Shown: piece after piece, positions 7,203 through 17,522 of the stretch
Position numbering within the stretch: position 1 is the first letter of the stretch
Layout of the letters: each line of letters opens with the position of its first letter
Assembly (NCBI GenBank): GCA_038213035.1
Contig: JBBQTT010000001.1
Span: forward strand, 1-40,123
Length of the DNA: 40,123 bases
Direction: 5' to 3'
From: Candidatus Saccharimonadales bacterium
Lineage (GTDB): Bacteria; Patescibacteriota; Saccharimonadia; Saccharimonadales; Saccharimonadaceae
The notes under the pieces: generated by a model
Told to the model about the DNA's origin: nothing
What the model saw: only the letters and a program-made list of their open reading frames with translations
Database searches by the model: none
Program-made: the position numbers and the translations under genes

Positions 7203-9364
7203 TGAATTGTTTTTAATGGGTCACTCATTGGCATTGTAAAGTAAAAGTTGCTACCAACACCAACTGTACTTTCAACCCAAATTTTGCCACCCATTTTTTC
7301 AACCATTTGCTTGCAAATCGCTAACCCCAGACCCGTACCGTCTGATGTTTTTTGCAAATAATTATCAACCTGAGAGAATTTTTTAAACAATTTACTAATT
7401 GAATCTGCAGGCATGCCAATACCAGTGTCTGTAACTCCAATCAAAACCATGCGGTCCTTTTCATTTATTTTACAAGATATAGTAACACTGCCGGTCGGTG
7501 TAAATTTGTACGCGTTAGACAGCAGATTCAATAAAACACGTTCAAATTTGTCCGGATCAGTCTTGACTCTAACACTCACGTTAGTATAGTTAAGCGCCAA
7601 ACCTTTGGCCTCGTACAACAACGACACCCGGTCAATTGCCCTATTAACCATATCACCCAAAAAATTATCTGATAACTCAATCGTTAATTTACCAGCCTCT
7701 AGTTTAGACAAATCAAGCATATTATTCACCAAATCAAGCAAATTTTTAGTGTTAAGACTCATTTTATCCAGTAAGGCTTTCTGTTTTTTATTAATATTGC
7801 CTAACTGTTTAGTGCTCAAAATACTGATAAATCCCCTAAAAACCGTCATCGGAGTACGAAGTTCATGGGCGGCAACCGAAACGAACTCGTCTTTGGTTTT
7901 ATCTAATTGGCGAAGTTGAGTGTTTTTAGCACGCAATTCTTTGGTAGCTTTGGCAACCTTGTCCTGAAGTGTCAGGTTTAATTCCAAAATCTCTTGCAAG
8001 GCCAAGGCATTTTGGATGGCAATGACCATCTCATCAGAAACCATATTCAAAATTTTCATATCACGATCGCTATAACCCGAAGACATATTATTACCCAGAC
8101 ACAGATAGCCGACTATTTTATTAGACTGAACCAGCGGCAAAATAATTTCTATTTTGTGGCTTAACATTAATTGCTGTAATAGATTATCTGGTTCTAAATT
8201 AGAAGCCGCAACCGCCCGATAATCACCACCGCAAAGTTCACTAATTTTAAGCGCGTCGGCCTGCGGTAATTGCGTGTGATGTTTAGTCCCAACTGTTATA
8301 TAGTGACCGTCATTCGTATTAATAAAGAAGAAAGCTTGTTCACTTTTAAGAGTGTTGGCAATTTCATGTGACGCCCGTGTTAAAATATCACGCAAGTTAG
8401 TATTTATAGTAAGCGCATCGTTTAGACGTGTGTAAAAATCATCGGTATGGTACCTATCTTTATAAAAAATCTTGTCGGTTACTTTGTCAACAAAACGCCT
8501 TAGCGGCTGTATCAAAAAGGCCAATAATATACTTACGGTGACATTACCGACAATTCCCCATCCATTAGATGATTCATTATTAAATACTAATGACAATACA
8601 ACTGCGAACGCCATATAAAACAAAACTAAAGCCCCCAAAACAAGAACATACGTAACACTTCGGACTATAGTAAGTTTAACGTCAAACAACCGATGCCTAA
8701 TAATTGCATAGGCTGTAAAACCAAGAAAGAAAATAAATGAAAAATCACCTAAATGTTGGAATCTAGTGATTCCTGTGACCAGTGGTACTATAGCGCTAAA
8801 TATAATATTTGACACGATAAATATTGTAGTGCCAGCGAAAAATAATTTAACCATTGGTTTGTCTTTTTCTAATATTTTCGAGTAATGGCTGACTGCGTAA
8901 TAAAACAATATTAAGGCGACAGAAACAGCATAAATATTCAAGAAATCATTCAGTAGACCAAAGGTAATATCCGAAGAACCGGCAGTTATTTGAGTACTTG
9001 AGATAATTAGTGAAGTAAACACTGACAGTACAGCGAACAATAAAGACCCAACTAAAACGGCATACTTTGTAACCTTTTGACCTTTTATGCCCAAAAGTAG
9101 AAAAGTAAAAAAGTAATAGAAAATAAATATAAATAAACAAACCACACCCTCATTTAACCTGTAGTAAAGAGTAGATAGATCCGAGTTGGGTGCATTAGAG
9201 CCTAAATAAGAAAGATTAACCCAAAGAATGATAAATAGAACCATTATTGCAAATACTTGGTTAATTATCTTTTTATATGAGCTCTTCAAAACCCACAACA
9301 TTAACGTAATGCTCGATACATTGACCAATAAAAGCGTTACTATTCCAAAAATATCGTAATTCAT
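7199..9364 (-). CDS. Sensor histidine kinase with a polytopic N-terminal membrane domain (about 8 TM), a GAF-like domain, HisKA and HATPase_c
   Basis: H-box VAAHELRTPMTV, and boxes NLLSNAYKFT, DTGIGM, GTGLGLAI. The 3' end overlaps the receiver gene convergently by 4 nt. Confidence 0.92.
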   Translation of the reverse strand: MNYDIFGIVTLLLVNVSSITLMLWVLKSSYKKIINQVFAIMVLFIILWVNLSYLGSNAPNSDLSTLYYRLNEGVVCLFIFIFYYFFTFLLLGIKGQKVTKYAVLVGSLLFAVLSVFTSLIISSTQITAGSSDITFGLLNDFLNIYAVSVALILFYYAVSHYSKILEKDKPMVKLFFAGTTIFIVSNIIFSAIVPLVTGITRFQHLGDFSFIFFLGFTAYAIIRHRLFDVKLTIVRSVTYVLVLGALVLFYMAFAVVLSLVFNNESSNGWGIVGNVTVSILLAFLIQPLRRFVDKVTDKIFYKDRYHTDDFYTRLNDALTINTNLRDILTRASHEIANTLKSEQAFFFINTNDGHYITVGTKHHTQLPQADALKISELCGGDYRAVAASNLEPDNLLQQLMLSHKIEIILPLVQSNKIVGYLCLGNNMSSGYSDRDMKILNMVSDEMVIAIQNALALQEILELNLTLQDKVAKATKELRAKNTQLRQLDKTKDEFVSVAAHELRTPMTVFRGFISILSTKQLGNINKKQKALLDKMSLNTKNLLDLVNNMLDLSKLEAGKLTIELSDNFLGDMVNRAIDRVSLLYEAKGLALNYTNVSVRVKTDPDKFERVLLNLLSNAYKFTPTGSVTISCKINEKDRMVLIGVTDTGIGMPADSISKLFKKFSQVDNYLQKTSDGTGLGLAICKQMVEKMGGKIWVESTVGVGSNFYFTMPMSDPLKTIH

Positions 9365-9365
9365 A

Positions 9366-10274
9366 TTAACCTATCATAACCTTTCCAATTAATAATATTA
9401 ATAGCCAACAGATATATTCCCCATCTACTAAAATATAAGATATAGTTCTTAACGATGAGGCCTTGGTTTCTAGTGATTTATTTAGATAGAAAAAACAATA
9501 AGGCAAAACCAGCAATAACGAGATGCTAAACAACGGCAAACTTGCAGTGAAAACTGCGGCGACAAGAGGAATAAAGGAAACGATATTTAATATTTTTAGA
9601 ATATTTATAGTCTTGCTTTCACCGAAATACACTGGAAATGTCAGCAATCCTTCCTTTTTATCGGCTTTAGAATCCTTTAAATCGAAATAAATAGCGTTTA
9701 GCACTGACCTTATCAGCACAAATAAGAAGAATAAAATAAAACCGTAACCAACTGACATATTAAAATAAAAGATCGGCAAGAAAACTATTAGGCTCCAAAA
9801 TAACGCAGTATAGTAATCTTTAAAACCAAGTATCTTTTTTGTAACTTTTTTCGGATATAACAACCCGCCAATTAACAAAAATATAATAAAAATTGCAGTT
9901 TGTAAGTTTACATAAATCAAAAGGAATAATATTAACAATCCGCTAATAGCCACTTTTATCATATAGGCGTTTTTATTTTTGCTTATATGTTTCGTTCTTT
10001 CAGGGTTTGATTTAATATCACTTCGTAATTCCTGCAAGTGATTTGCATTATATATCGTCAGCACAATCAGATACGAAAACACCAAGAGGATAAATGATTT
10101 ATCAATATTAAGATTTAACAAAATTATAGCCACCAGCAAAACAGCAGCATTACTAATAGCTACAAAGTGTCCGCCGTAAATGACCTCATCCCAGATTGAT
10201 TTAAATATGGTTTTTATTTTAAACTCCCAAGTATTCATCATATAAATATTACCGCCATTAACAACATTAGGCAA
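9366..10274 (-). CDS. UbiA-family-like polytopic prenyltransferase
   Basis: About 8 TM helices. Motifs are NANHLQELRSDIKSNPER (similar to N..xD...D..N.P.R) and DLKDSKAD (D..D...D). It sits immediately downstream of the polyprenyl synthase gene. The start is uncertain (TTG at 10274, or ATG about 33-36 nt downstream). Confidence 0.6.
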   Translation of the reverse strand: MPNVVNGGNIYMMNTWEFKIKTIFKSIWDEVIYGGHFVAISNAAVLLVAIILLNLNIDKSFILLVFSYLIVLTIYNANHLQELRSDIKSNPERTKHISKNKNAYMIKVAISGLLILFLLIYVNLQTAIFIIFLLIGGLLYPKKVTKKILGFKDYYTALFWSLIVFLPIFYFNMSVGYGFILFFLFVLIRSVLNAIYFDLKDSKADKKEGLLTFPVYFGESKTINILKILNIVSFIPLVAAVFTASLPLFSISLLLVLPYCFFYLNKSLETKASSLRTISYILVDGEYICWLLILLIGKVMIG

Positions 10275-10288
10275 TACGGTTTTACAGA

Positions 10289-11314
10289 TTATTTTTTTCT
10301 ATGGACTATGTATTCAGCCAGCGCAGCCAAAGTTTCAGTATGTTCATTTTGCGGAAGTTTTCCAAGCGATTCCAATGCATTCTGAATGTATGAATTTGCG
10401 ATAGTTTCTGCATTAGTTTTGGCCTCTGTTTTTTCAATCAATTTTGTCGCCGTAATGATATCTTGGTCTGTAATTTCGGCTGAGCCTTCCAATAAATCAA
10501 GCATCGTTTTTTTATCGGCTGGATTCAATTGTTCAATTGCCGACAAAATAACAAAATTGCCCATCTTTTTCTCGATAATATCTTTGCCGATTTTCTTGCC
10601 AAATTCTTTTTCGTCGCCAAAAATGTCTAGTATATCGTCTTGAATTTGAAATGCCATTCCTAAATTAAAACCAAATTCACCTATTACCTCGGTTTGTTCA
10701 GCACTGGCGCCGGCACATATTGCCCCGGCTTTACAACTAGCGTCTAATAATATCGCTGTTTTTTGGCCAATCATTTCAAAATAATCGGCAGTTGTTATAG
10801 TTTTATATCGGTTTGTTACGACATAATTCTCATCATCACGTCCAGACCGTTCAAACAATATATCCTTTATTTCACCATCAATAATAATTTTAAGAGTTTT
10901 TGAATATAAATCGATAAGCTTCGACCCGCTATTAACATTGCCAAGCCCCGCAAAAACCGAGGCCATATATACCAGCGACATACATTCCGCAACTGATTTA
11001 CCGTATTTATTCCATGTCGTTGGCTGATCACGCCTGGATAATGAATGGTCAATAATATCGTCAGTTATTAGCGTTGCATTATGCATAATTTCAATCGATG
11101 CCGCCGGATAAAGCAAGTCATCAATTTTACCGCCAAAAAGTTGTCCTGCAATAACAACCATAGCCGGACGAATTCTTTTACCACCAACACTACATTGATA
11201 AAACGCCACTTCGGCATTTTGTTTTTCAACATCTCGGGTCAATAATTCTTTGATAATTGGCTCTACTAGAACATTTATCATAGCCAATTTTTCTTTCAAG
11301 TTATTTTGTGTCAT
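10289..11314 (-). CDS. Polyprenyl (geranylgeranyl or longer) diphosphate synthase
   Basis: First aspartate-rich motif LITDDIIDHSLSRR. Second motif FQIQDDILD, followed by GK..GKD. Confidence 0.9.
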   Translation of the reverse strand: MTQNNLKEKLAMINVLVEPIIKELLTRDVEKQNAEVAFYQCSVGGKRIRPAMVVIAGQLFGGKIDDLLYPAASIEIMHNATLITDDIIDHSLSRRDQPTTWNKYGKSVAECMSLVYMASVFAGLGNVNSGSKLIDLYSKTLKIIIDGEIKDILFERSGRDDENYVVTNRYKTITTADYFEMIGQKTAILLDASCKAGAICAGASAEQTEVIGEFGFNLGMAFQIQDDILDIFGDEKEFGKKIGKDIIEKKMGNFVILSAIEQLNPADKKTMLDLLEGSAEITDQDIITATKLIEKTEAKTNAETIANSYIQNALESLGKLPQNEHTETLAALAEYIVHRKK

Positions 11315-11404
11315 TTAACCCCGCCTGTATTTTTAATTTAATTGTAGAAAAGTTATTGATCATTTTTTCGTTTGAATTTATCAACTGGAAATTCCATATC
11401 GAGG

Positions 11405-12235
11405 TTAAATATCTTGCTGGCCTTTAATATTTGCCACTCGTCGGGCTGACGAAATAACATTATCAAACAATGCCACAACGGTTAATGGCCCTACGCCACC
11501 TTTAGCTGGGGTAATAGTCAAATCGTTACGCTGCCGAACTTCAGCGCTTAAATCGCCAACAATCTTGCCGTGTTCAGCGGCCGTTCCGGCATCAACAACT
11601 GTGGCGCCATGTTTAATCATTTCACTTGTCACCAACCCAGGAATACCTGTCGCCGTTACGATAACTTCAGCATTTTTAATCTCGGCTGCCAAATCAATAG
11701 TTTTACTATCGTAAACCGAAACATTATGACCAGCACTAATCCATAATTTGTTCAGTGGCGCACCAACCAAACGACCGTTGCCAACAATAGCGATTTTTTT
11801 ACCACGCAGTTCAACATTATATCCCGCTAGTAGCCAATCAATAGCCATAGCAGTTGCGGGAGTAAAGTTTGGGTTCTGTCCCAGCCCATCAACATCTTTT
11901 TCCGAGGCAACCGCATTAACTGCAGCGGCTGTTAATGTTTGGTCGGCCAGTGGTAGTTGAATGATAATGCCATGAACATTTTCATCACGATTCAACTTTT
12001 CAATTTGGTCTAATAATTCAGCATCTGATGGATTATAGACATCTACTTCAACTGTAATATCTTCACCGTAAGCTTGTTTTAAGCGAATATATGTGTCGAT
12101 AACTGGGTTGTGACCTGTAAAAATAATTGCCAAACGCGGAACAACACGCCACGACAAACGCAGGGCGCGTACTTGTTTTAGTTGGCGTTCTTTAATATAG
12201 CCAGCCAGTTCTAAACCGTCTAAAATCTTCATCAC
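11405..12235 (-). CDS. folD: Bifunctional methylenetetrahydrofolate dehydrogenase/methenyl-THF cyclohydrolase
   Basis: 276 aa. FolD-like signature segments are HGIIIQLPL, DVDG, VGNGRLVGAPL and PAKGGVGPLTV. Confidence 0.92.
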   Translation of the reverse strand: MMKILDGLELAGYIKERQLKQVRALRLSWRVVPRLAIIFTGHNPVIDTYIRLKQAYGEDITVEVDVYNPSDAELLDQIEKLNRDENVHGIIIQLPLADQTLTAAAVNAVASEKDVDGLGQNPNFTPATAMAIDWLLAGYNVELRGKKIAIVGNGRLVGAPLNKLWISAGHNVSVYDSKTIDLAAEIKNAEVIVTATGIPGLVTSEMIKHGATVVDAGTAAEHGKIVGDLSAEVRQRNDLTITPAKGGVGPLTVVALFDNVISSARRVANIKGQQDI

Positions 12236-12334
12236 TACATCTTAACAAATTTTAAGCTCAAATGTTAGCATAAGTGTTGTATAAACATTGGTCACACGTT
12301 ACAATAACCATAAGTATATATTTAAATAAACGGG

Positions 12335-14719
12335 GTGTGGATAATGGATTTCGAAAAATACAGGCGTGTTACCAATTACTTGACTGCAGCACAAATATTT
12401 TTACAAGATAACTTCTTGCTTGAAAGACCATTAACCGCTGATGATGTGAAGCCACGTTTGTTGGGACATTGGGGTTCAGGTCCCGGCGTAAACTTTGCCT
12501 ATGCCCACCTTAATAAAATGGTCAAAAAATACGGCCAAGAAATGATGTTTGTTTTAGGGCCGGGACACGCCTTTCCAGCACTACAAGCTAACCTGTTTTT
12601 GGAAGGATCATTGGGTGAATTCTACCCCGCTGCTACCCACACCTATGAAGGTATTGAATATATTTGCAAAAACTTTAGCTGGCCATATGGTTTTCCAAGC
12701 CACTCTAACCCAGGCACTCCTGGCGTCATCCTTGAAGGTGGCGAATTAGGTTATTCATTATCAACTTCATACGGTGCAGTTTTGGACAACCCAAACATGA
12801 TTGTCGCCTGTTTAGTCGGTGACGGTGAAGGCGAAACCGGACCAGCGGCGGCTGCTTGGCATTTAAATAAAATCGTTGACCCTCGAACGAACGGTACAGT
12901 ATTACCAATCCTCCACCTAAACGGTTATAAGATTTCTGCACCAACTGTTTTTGGCCGAATGAGTGACGAAGAATTAATTGCACTATTTACTGGTTATGGA
13001 TACAATCCACGTATTGTTAGTGGCGATGATCTGGACCAACAAATGGAAGACACCCTAGATTGGGCTCACCACACTATTTGGTCTATTAAACAATCCCCAG
13101 AACCGATTGTTGCGCCAAAAATGCCAATGATTATTATGCGTACCATCAAAGGATGGTCAGGCGTCAAAGAACTAGACGGCAAAAAAATCGAAGGTAACTG
13201 TTTATCACACCAAGTTGTGTTGTCCGAAGCTAAAACCGATCCAGAACAATTAAAAATGCTCGAGGAATGGTTGCGATCATACAAAATCGAAGAATTATTC
13301 AACCGTGAAACTGGATTTGGTGATTTCGTCCGCGAAATCGCACCCGAAGGCGATCAACGAATGGGTATGTCACCTCATGCACGCGGTGGCGATGCGGTTT
13401 ATAAACCACTAAATCTGCCAGATGTTAGACAATTTTCTGCCGATGCAACTAACCCCGGCCAAAGTTTGTCTAGTAGTATGATTCAAACTGGCAAATATCT
13501 AGCCGAGGTATTCAACCTGAACCAAGAAAACCGAAACTTCCGCATGATGTCACCCGATGAAACATATTCTAATAAATTAGATGCTGTATTCACAGCTACA
13601 TCACGTGGTTGGGTATGGCCACACGAACCATGGGATATGGACATGAAGACAGACGGACGAGTTATGGAAATGCTCAGCGAACATAACCTACAAGGTTTAG
13701 CCCAAGGCTATACCATAACCGGCCGACACTCAGTCTTTGCCAGCTATGAGGCATTTATCCAAGTAGTATCCAGCATGGCTGATCAGTATGCTAAATTCCT
13801 CAAACACGGCGCCGATTTTGCATGGCGTGGTACTTTCCCATCACTAAACTACATTCTGACCAGTTCAGCTTGGCGCCAGGACCACAATGGTTTCAGCCAC
13901 CAAAACCCTGGATTTATAGACGATGTTTTACGCCGTCATGGTAACTTTGTCGATGTATATTTCCCTGCTGATACTAACAGTACGTTGGTTGTTATGGAAA
14001 AAATGCTGTCATCTACCAAACAAATTAACGTCGTAGCTGCTGGTAAAACCGCTGAACCACAATGGTTAACAGTTGAACAAGCTTACGACCAAGTCAACGC
14101 CGGAATTATGGTTTGGGACTTTGCAAGCGATGAAAACCCAGACGTAGTTTTGGTTGGTATTGGTGATTATCCAACCAAAGAAATCATAGCAGCAATCGAT
14201 TTAGCTAAACGAGAATGGCCTGATGTCCGAATTCGCTGTATTAACGTCAGCTCACTCACCACCCGTGGTTTTGGCCAAGGTAAAAACCATATCAATCACG
14301 AACAATTTAACGAATTCTTTACGACCGACAAACCAGTTATTTGTAACTTCCACGGCTACCCTGAAACAATCAAATCTACCTTATTTAATTATAATGCCGA
14401 CGCCAGCAGGTTTGATGTCCGCGGTTATATTGAAAGTGGCAGTACAACTACACCGTTTGACATGCACGCTCGCAACCGAACCAGTCGATACAACATCGTT
14501 ATGGCAATCTTTGAAAGATTGGCCGAAATGGGTCGCATATCAAACGACGAGGCACATGCAATCGTCAATAAATACCAGCAAAAACTCTTTGATAATATTG
14601 ACTACATAAAAGAATTTGGCATTGATACACCAGAGATAGACAACTGGGCATGGAAAGCTGAAGTCGACACCACTCAGCACATATCGACTGATACTTCAGG
14701 CGACTACGGCAAAATTTAG
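12335..14719 (+). CDS. xfp: Xylulose-5-P/fructose-6-P phosphoketolase
   Basis: About 790 aa. The motifs GHWGSGPGVNF, EGGELGYSL and GDGEGETGP are typical of phosphoketolase. The ATG at 12344 is a likely alternative to the GTG at 12335. Confidence 0.93.
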   Translation: MWIMDFEKYRRVTNYLTAAQIFLQDNFLLERPLTADDVKPRLLGHWGSGPGVNFAYAHLNKMVKKYGQEMMFVLGPGHAFPALQANLFLEGSLGEFYPAATHTYEGIEYICKNFSWPYGFPSHSNPGTPGVILEGGELGYSLSTSYGAVLDNPNMIVACLVGDGEGETGPAAAAWHLNKIVDPRTNGTVLPILHLNGYKISAPTVFGRMSDEELIALFTGYGYNPRIVSGDDLDQQMEDTLDWAHHTIWSIKQSPEPIVAPKMPMIIMRTIKGWSGVKELDGKKIEGNCLSHQVVLSEAKTDPEQLKMLEEWLRSYKIEELFNRETGFGDFVREIAPEGDQRMGMSPHARGGDAVYKPLNLPDVRQFSADATNPGQSLSSSMIQTGKYLAEVFNLNQENRNFRMMSPDETYSNKLDAVFTATSRGWVWPHEPWDMDMKTDGRVMEMLSEHNLQGLAQGYTITGRHSVFASYEAFIQVVSSMADQYAKFLKHGADFAWRGTFPSLNYILTSSAWRQDHNGFSHQNPGFIDDVLRRHGNFVDVYFPADTNSTLVVMEKMLSSTKQINVVAAGKTAEPQWLTVEQAYDQVNAGIMVWDFASDENPDVVLVGIGDYPTKEIIAAIDLAKREWPDVRIRCINVSSLTTRGFGQGKNHINHEQFNEFFTTDKPVICNFHGYPETIKSTLFNYNADASRFDVRGYIESGSTTTPFDMHARNRTSRYNIVMAIFERLAEMGRISNDEAHAIVNKYQQKLFDNIDYIKEFGIDTPEIDNWAWKAEVDTTQHISTDTSGDYGKI

Positions 14720-14733
14720 TAAAACAATTAACA

Positions 14734-14765
14734 AAAAAACGCCATGATTTGATGGCGTTTTTTTG
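14734..14765. terminator. Bidirectional intrinsic terminator between convergent genes
   Basis: AAAAAACGCCAT-GATTTG-ATGGCGTTTTTT, with an A tract before the stem and a T tract after it. Confidence 0.8.
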
Positions 14766-14779
14766 TTATATTTTAAATT

Positions 14780-16348
14780 TCAAATCTCGTCTTTTTTCTC
14801 GTTGATAAATTCTGCCCATTGTCGAATCAGACGCAGAACTGTTTTAAGAGGTAATTCGATAATCGTATCCAAAATTAAGGCTACAATATTAATCTTTTTA
14901 TACTTTTCAGATACCCATTGTCCCAACAAAATAAATGGCATGTATAGAAAATCGCGCAGAGTCATAATTAAACCAGATTTAGCAGTAACCAACTCTAGTT
15001 CGCGAACAAATCCCGACAACCTAAATCCAAGGAAGCTAGCAGTTGCAAAGAATATAAAGAATATTGCACCTTGAACAATATTAAATTGCAAATTAATAAG
15101 GATATTTGTGACCAAACCAAATACCAGCAAGAACATAACGATAAAGGCAACCTTAAACCCAACCGGATATTTAGTCTTTTTAGAAGCTGGATACAAATTA
15201 ACCTTGCTTTGATCGCCATATAACATATTGTCGGCATATTGCTGAATTGCCTTGGTGTTAGCTGTTCCAGGTAATTTTAGACCCAATCGCAAAACGGCCA
15301 TATAAACAACTGGTGCCAACAAATTGATAATTAAAGGCACATACAAAATATGACCGATAGTCACCATGTCATATGGGACTTCAACCCCGACGCCAATAAT
15401 ACTTTTGGTGATAATCAAGAATATAATACTTTTAATCAGACCACTGTTAAGCTTTTTGTTAGCTTCTTTGTATTCTTTTTGAATTTGAGCTGAATATGCA
15501 GTATGGAAATGACCGCTGTTGTTTAGTAGTTCACTAATATTTTCATTATCTTGAATCATGTTTTTCAAAATACGAAGTGGCGCACCGAATTTATTGATAT
15601 AACGAGTAATTTTTTCGGTTAATTCTGAATCAAAAATCACGTCGATGTTTTGGTGGAAGTTTAAATATTCAACAATATTAACATCCGATACATTATAAAG
15701 TCGCTGCATGTCAAAACGAACGCTAGCAATATCAGATTTCAGTAATGACTTGTAAACCGCAACATAAAGACTAGCTTCATAATTTGTCGTTTCGGAAGTT
15801 GCGGTTATAAACAAATCTTTTTGTAATATAGTCTGATAATGTTGGTAAGCAAAACGGATATAAACAGATTCAATCGAATCGTCGATTATAATCTTTTCAC
15901 TCTCGACAGATAATAAATCTAGAGTCCATTTTTGAGCAATATTAGATTTTACGCCAGAATCTTTGAGTCTCCAAAAATTGCCATAATGTTTTTGGATAAT
16001 TGCACCAAGTTGATCGATAATTTCAACTGGTTGGCTGTCGTTTTCGATATAGCCAGACTGAATTAATTCGATTACTAACTCTTCGGCAATTGGCTTGCCA
16101 ATTAAAGTATTATTTTGAAACGAAAGATTTCGTACAAAAAAACGACGTAAAGCATTTTGAACCAACAAATGTTCTTGCAAATATTCAGCCGCATTACGTA
16201 ATTGTTCGTAGGCAACCGAAACATCTCGGCCCACACCAGCCACATTTATTCGTTGAACGTCATTGTCAACTTTTTTAGCCGACCTGGCTGCTGCCAGTTG
16301 AACACTTAACTGATGGCCATTTGCGCCTAATTGCTTGTGTGTAGTCAT
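14780..16348 (-). CDS. Hypothetical membrane protein (soluble N-terminal domain of about 300 aa plus about 5-6 C-terminal TM helices)
   Basis: 522-aa uninterrupted ORF with a hydrophobic C-terminal half. I could not assign a family with confidence. Confidence 0.7.
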   Translation of the reverse strand: MTTHKQLGANGHQLSVQLAAARSAKKVDNDVQRINVAGVGRDVSVAYEQLRNAAEYLQEHLLVQNALRRFFVRNLSFQNNTLIGKPIAEELVIELIQSGYIENDSQPVEIIDQLGAIIQKHYGNFWRLKDSGVKSNIAQKWTLDLLSVESEKIIIDDSIESVYIRFAYQHYQTILQKDLFITATSETTNYEASLYVAVYKSLLKSDIASVRFDMQRLYNVSDVNIVEYLNFHQNIDVIFDSELTEKITRYINKFGAPLRILKNMIQDNENISELLNNSGHFHTAYSAQIQKEYKEANKKLNSGLIKSIIFLIITKSIIGVGVEVPYDMVTIGHILYVPLIINLLAPVVYMAVLRLGLKLPGTANTKAIQQYADNMLYGDQSKVNLYPASKKTKYPVGFKVAFIVMFLLVFGLVTNILINLQFNIVQGAIFFIFFATASFLGFRLSGFVRELELVTAKSGLIMTLRDFLYMPFILLGQWVSEKYKKINIVALILDTIIELPLKTVLRLIRQWAEFINEKKDEI

Positions 16349-16436
16349 AAATGATTCTTATTTAAATCCTAATTAATCTATAGATTATTCGATATTGTCT
16401 TAATCAATGATATCACCTTTTGATTAGCGCGAGTTA

Positions 16437-17405
16437 TCAATTAACAATAGTGATTTTGGCAGTTTTTGTAGCCGACATTGTTACATTGCCACCAATTGGT
16501 AGTGTCAGCATCGGTAAAGTATGCCCGAAATCAACTCCACAAATTACTGGGATTTCCCCGAGCTGCTTTGAGATAACGATATTAACAATATCAACTTCTG
16601 ATACTTTACCATCTGGTTGAAACCGCCCAATAATTACTCCTTGCAAATTACTACGTACATTTGGTAGTTGCAATATCGACTCTAACCGTCTAGAAAACTC
16701 TCGGGCTGTATATTTACCAGCTTCGTCGTCATCTTCTATCGCTAAAATAAATTTTGTATCAAAACTGGGCTGATATTCCGTTCCTTGTAACAGATAGAAT
16801 GTGCCTAAATTACCGCCGATTAATACCCCTTCAGCTTTACCTTCTTGTAACACAACCCAGGGTTTTGTTTTGTAATTTTTTCTACTAGTCCAAGTTCCCC
16901 ATTTTTCGCTTTTCGTCAATTCAATCTGATTCAATCCACTAAGGACCCGATAAAGATTATCTAACGTATATCGCCACTGTTTATTATTGCCGATAATGTG
17001 ATAGGTCGGCCCCAGATATCCAATATTGCCGGTTTTTGCATAGATAGCATTTAAAAGTGCAGTGATATCCGAAAAACCAATCATAGGTTTGGGATTGTTT
17101 TTTAACAACTCCCAATCAATATAAGGCAAAACTTCATTCGACAACCAGCCGCCTTGCATAGCTAGGATAGCTTTAACGTTTTTATCTTTGTATGCATCGT
17201 TCAAATCGTCGGCTCGATCAGTGGCTTTTGCTGTTCCCATATATAATACATTTTTAATGCGCTTGCCAAATGTCACTTTATACCCCAAAGATTCTAACCG
17301 TTTAAAGGCCCGTTCATATTGGCGTTTCGAATCAGCCCGTTCGCTTAAAGATGACGCAATAACTCGAATTTCGTCACCAGATTGTAGTGGACTATATTTT
17401 TCCAT
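16437..17405 (-). CDS. LD-carboxypeptidase (peptidase S66, LdcA/MccF-like)
   Basis: Nucleophile context GFSDITALLNA and C-terminal VDFGHT, with a length typical of S66 enzymes. Confidence 0.85.
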   Translation of the reverse strand: MEKYSPLQSGDEIRVIASSLSERADSKRQYERAFKRLESLGYKVTFGKRIKNVLYMGTAKATDRADDLNDAYKDKNVKAILAMQGGWLSNEVLPYIDWELLKNNPKPMIGFSDITALLNAIYAKTGNIGYLGPTYHIIGNNKQWRYTLDNLYRVLSGLNQIELTKSEKWGTWTSRKNYKTKPWVVLQEGKAEGVLIGGNLGTFYLLQGTEYQPSFDTKFILAIEDDDEAGKYTAREFSRRLESILQLPNVRSNLQGVIIGRFQPDGKVSEVDIVNIVISKQLGEIPVICGVDFGHTLPMLTLPIGGNVTMSATKTAKITIVN

Positions 17406-17522
17406 ATATACCTATATAATAACAGATTAAACCATACAAAAAAGCACCAACCATATTCACGAGTGGCGCTTTATGTTAAATATTATACGCTCGTAATTAT
17501 GATGATTTGCTTAATTTTTCAA

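Noticed and set aside
11315-12334. A riboswitch (THF, ZTP or similar) upstream of folD, glyA or the phosphoketolase gene
   Set aside because: I looked for conserved cores I know and for stable multi-stem leaders. The intergenic regions are short and AT-rich with only promoter-like elements.
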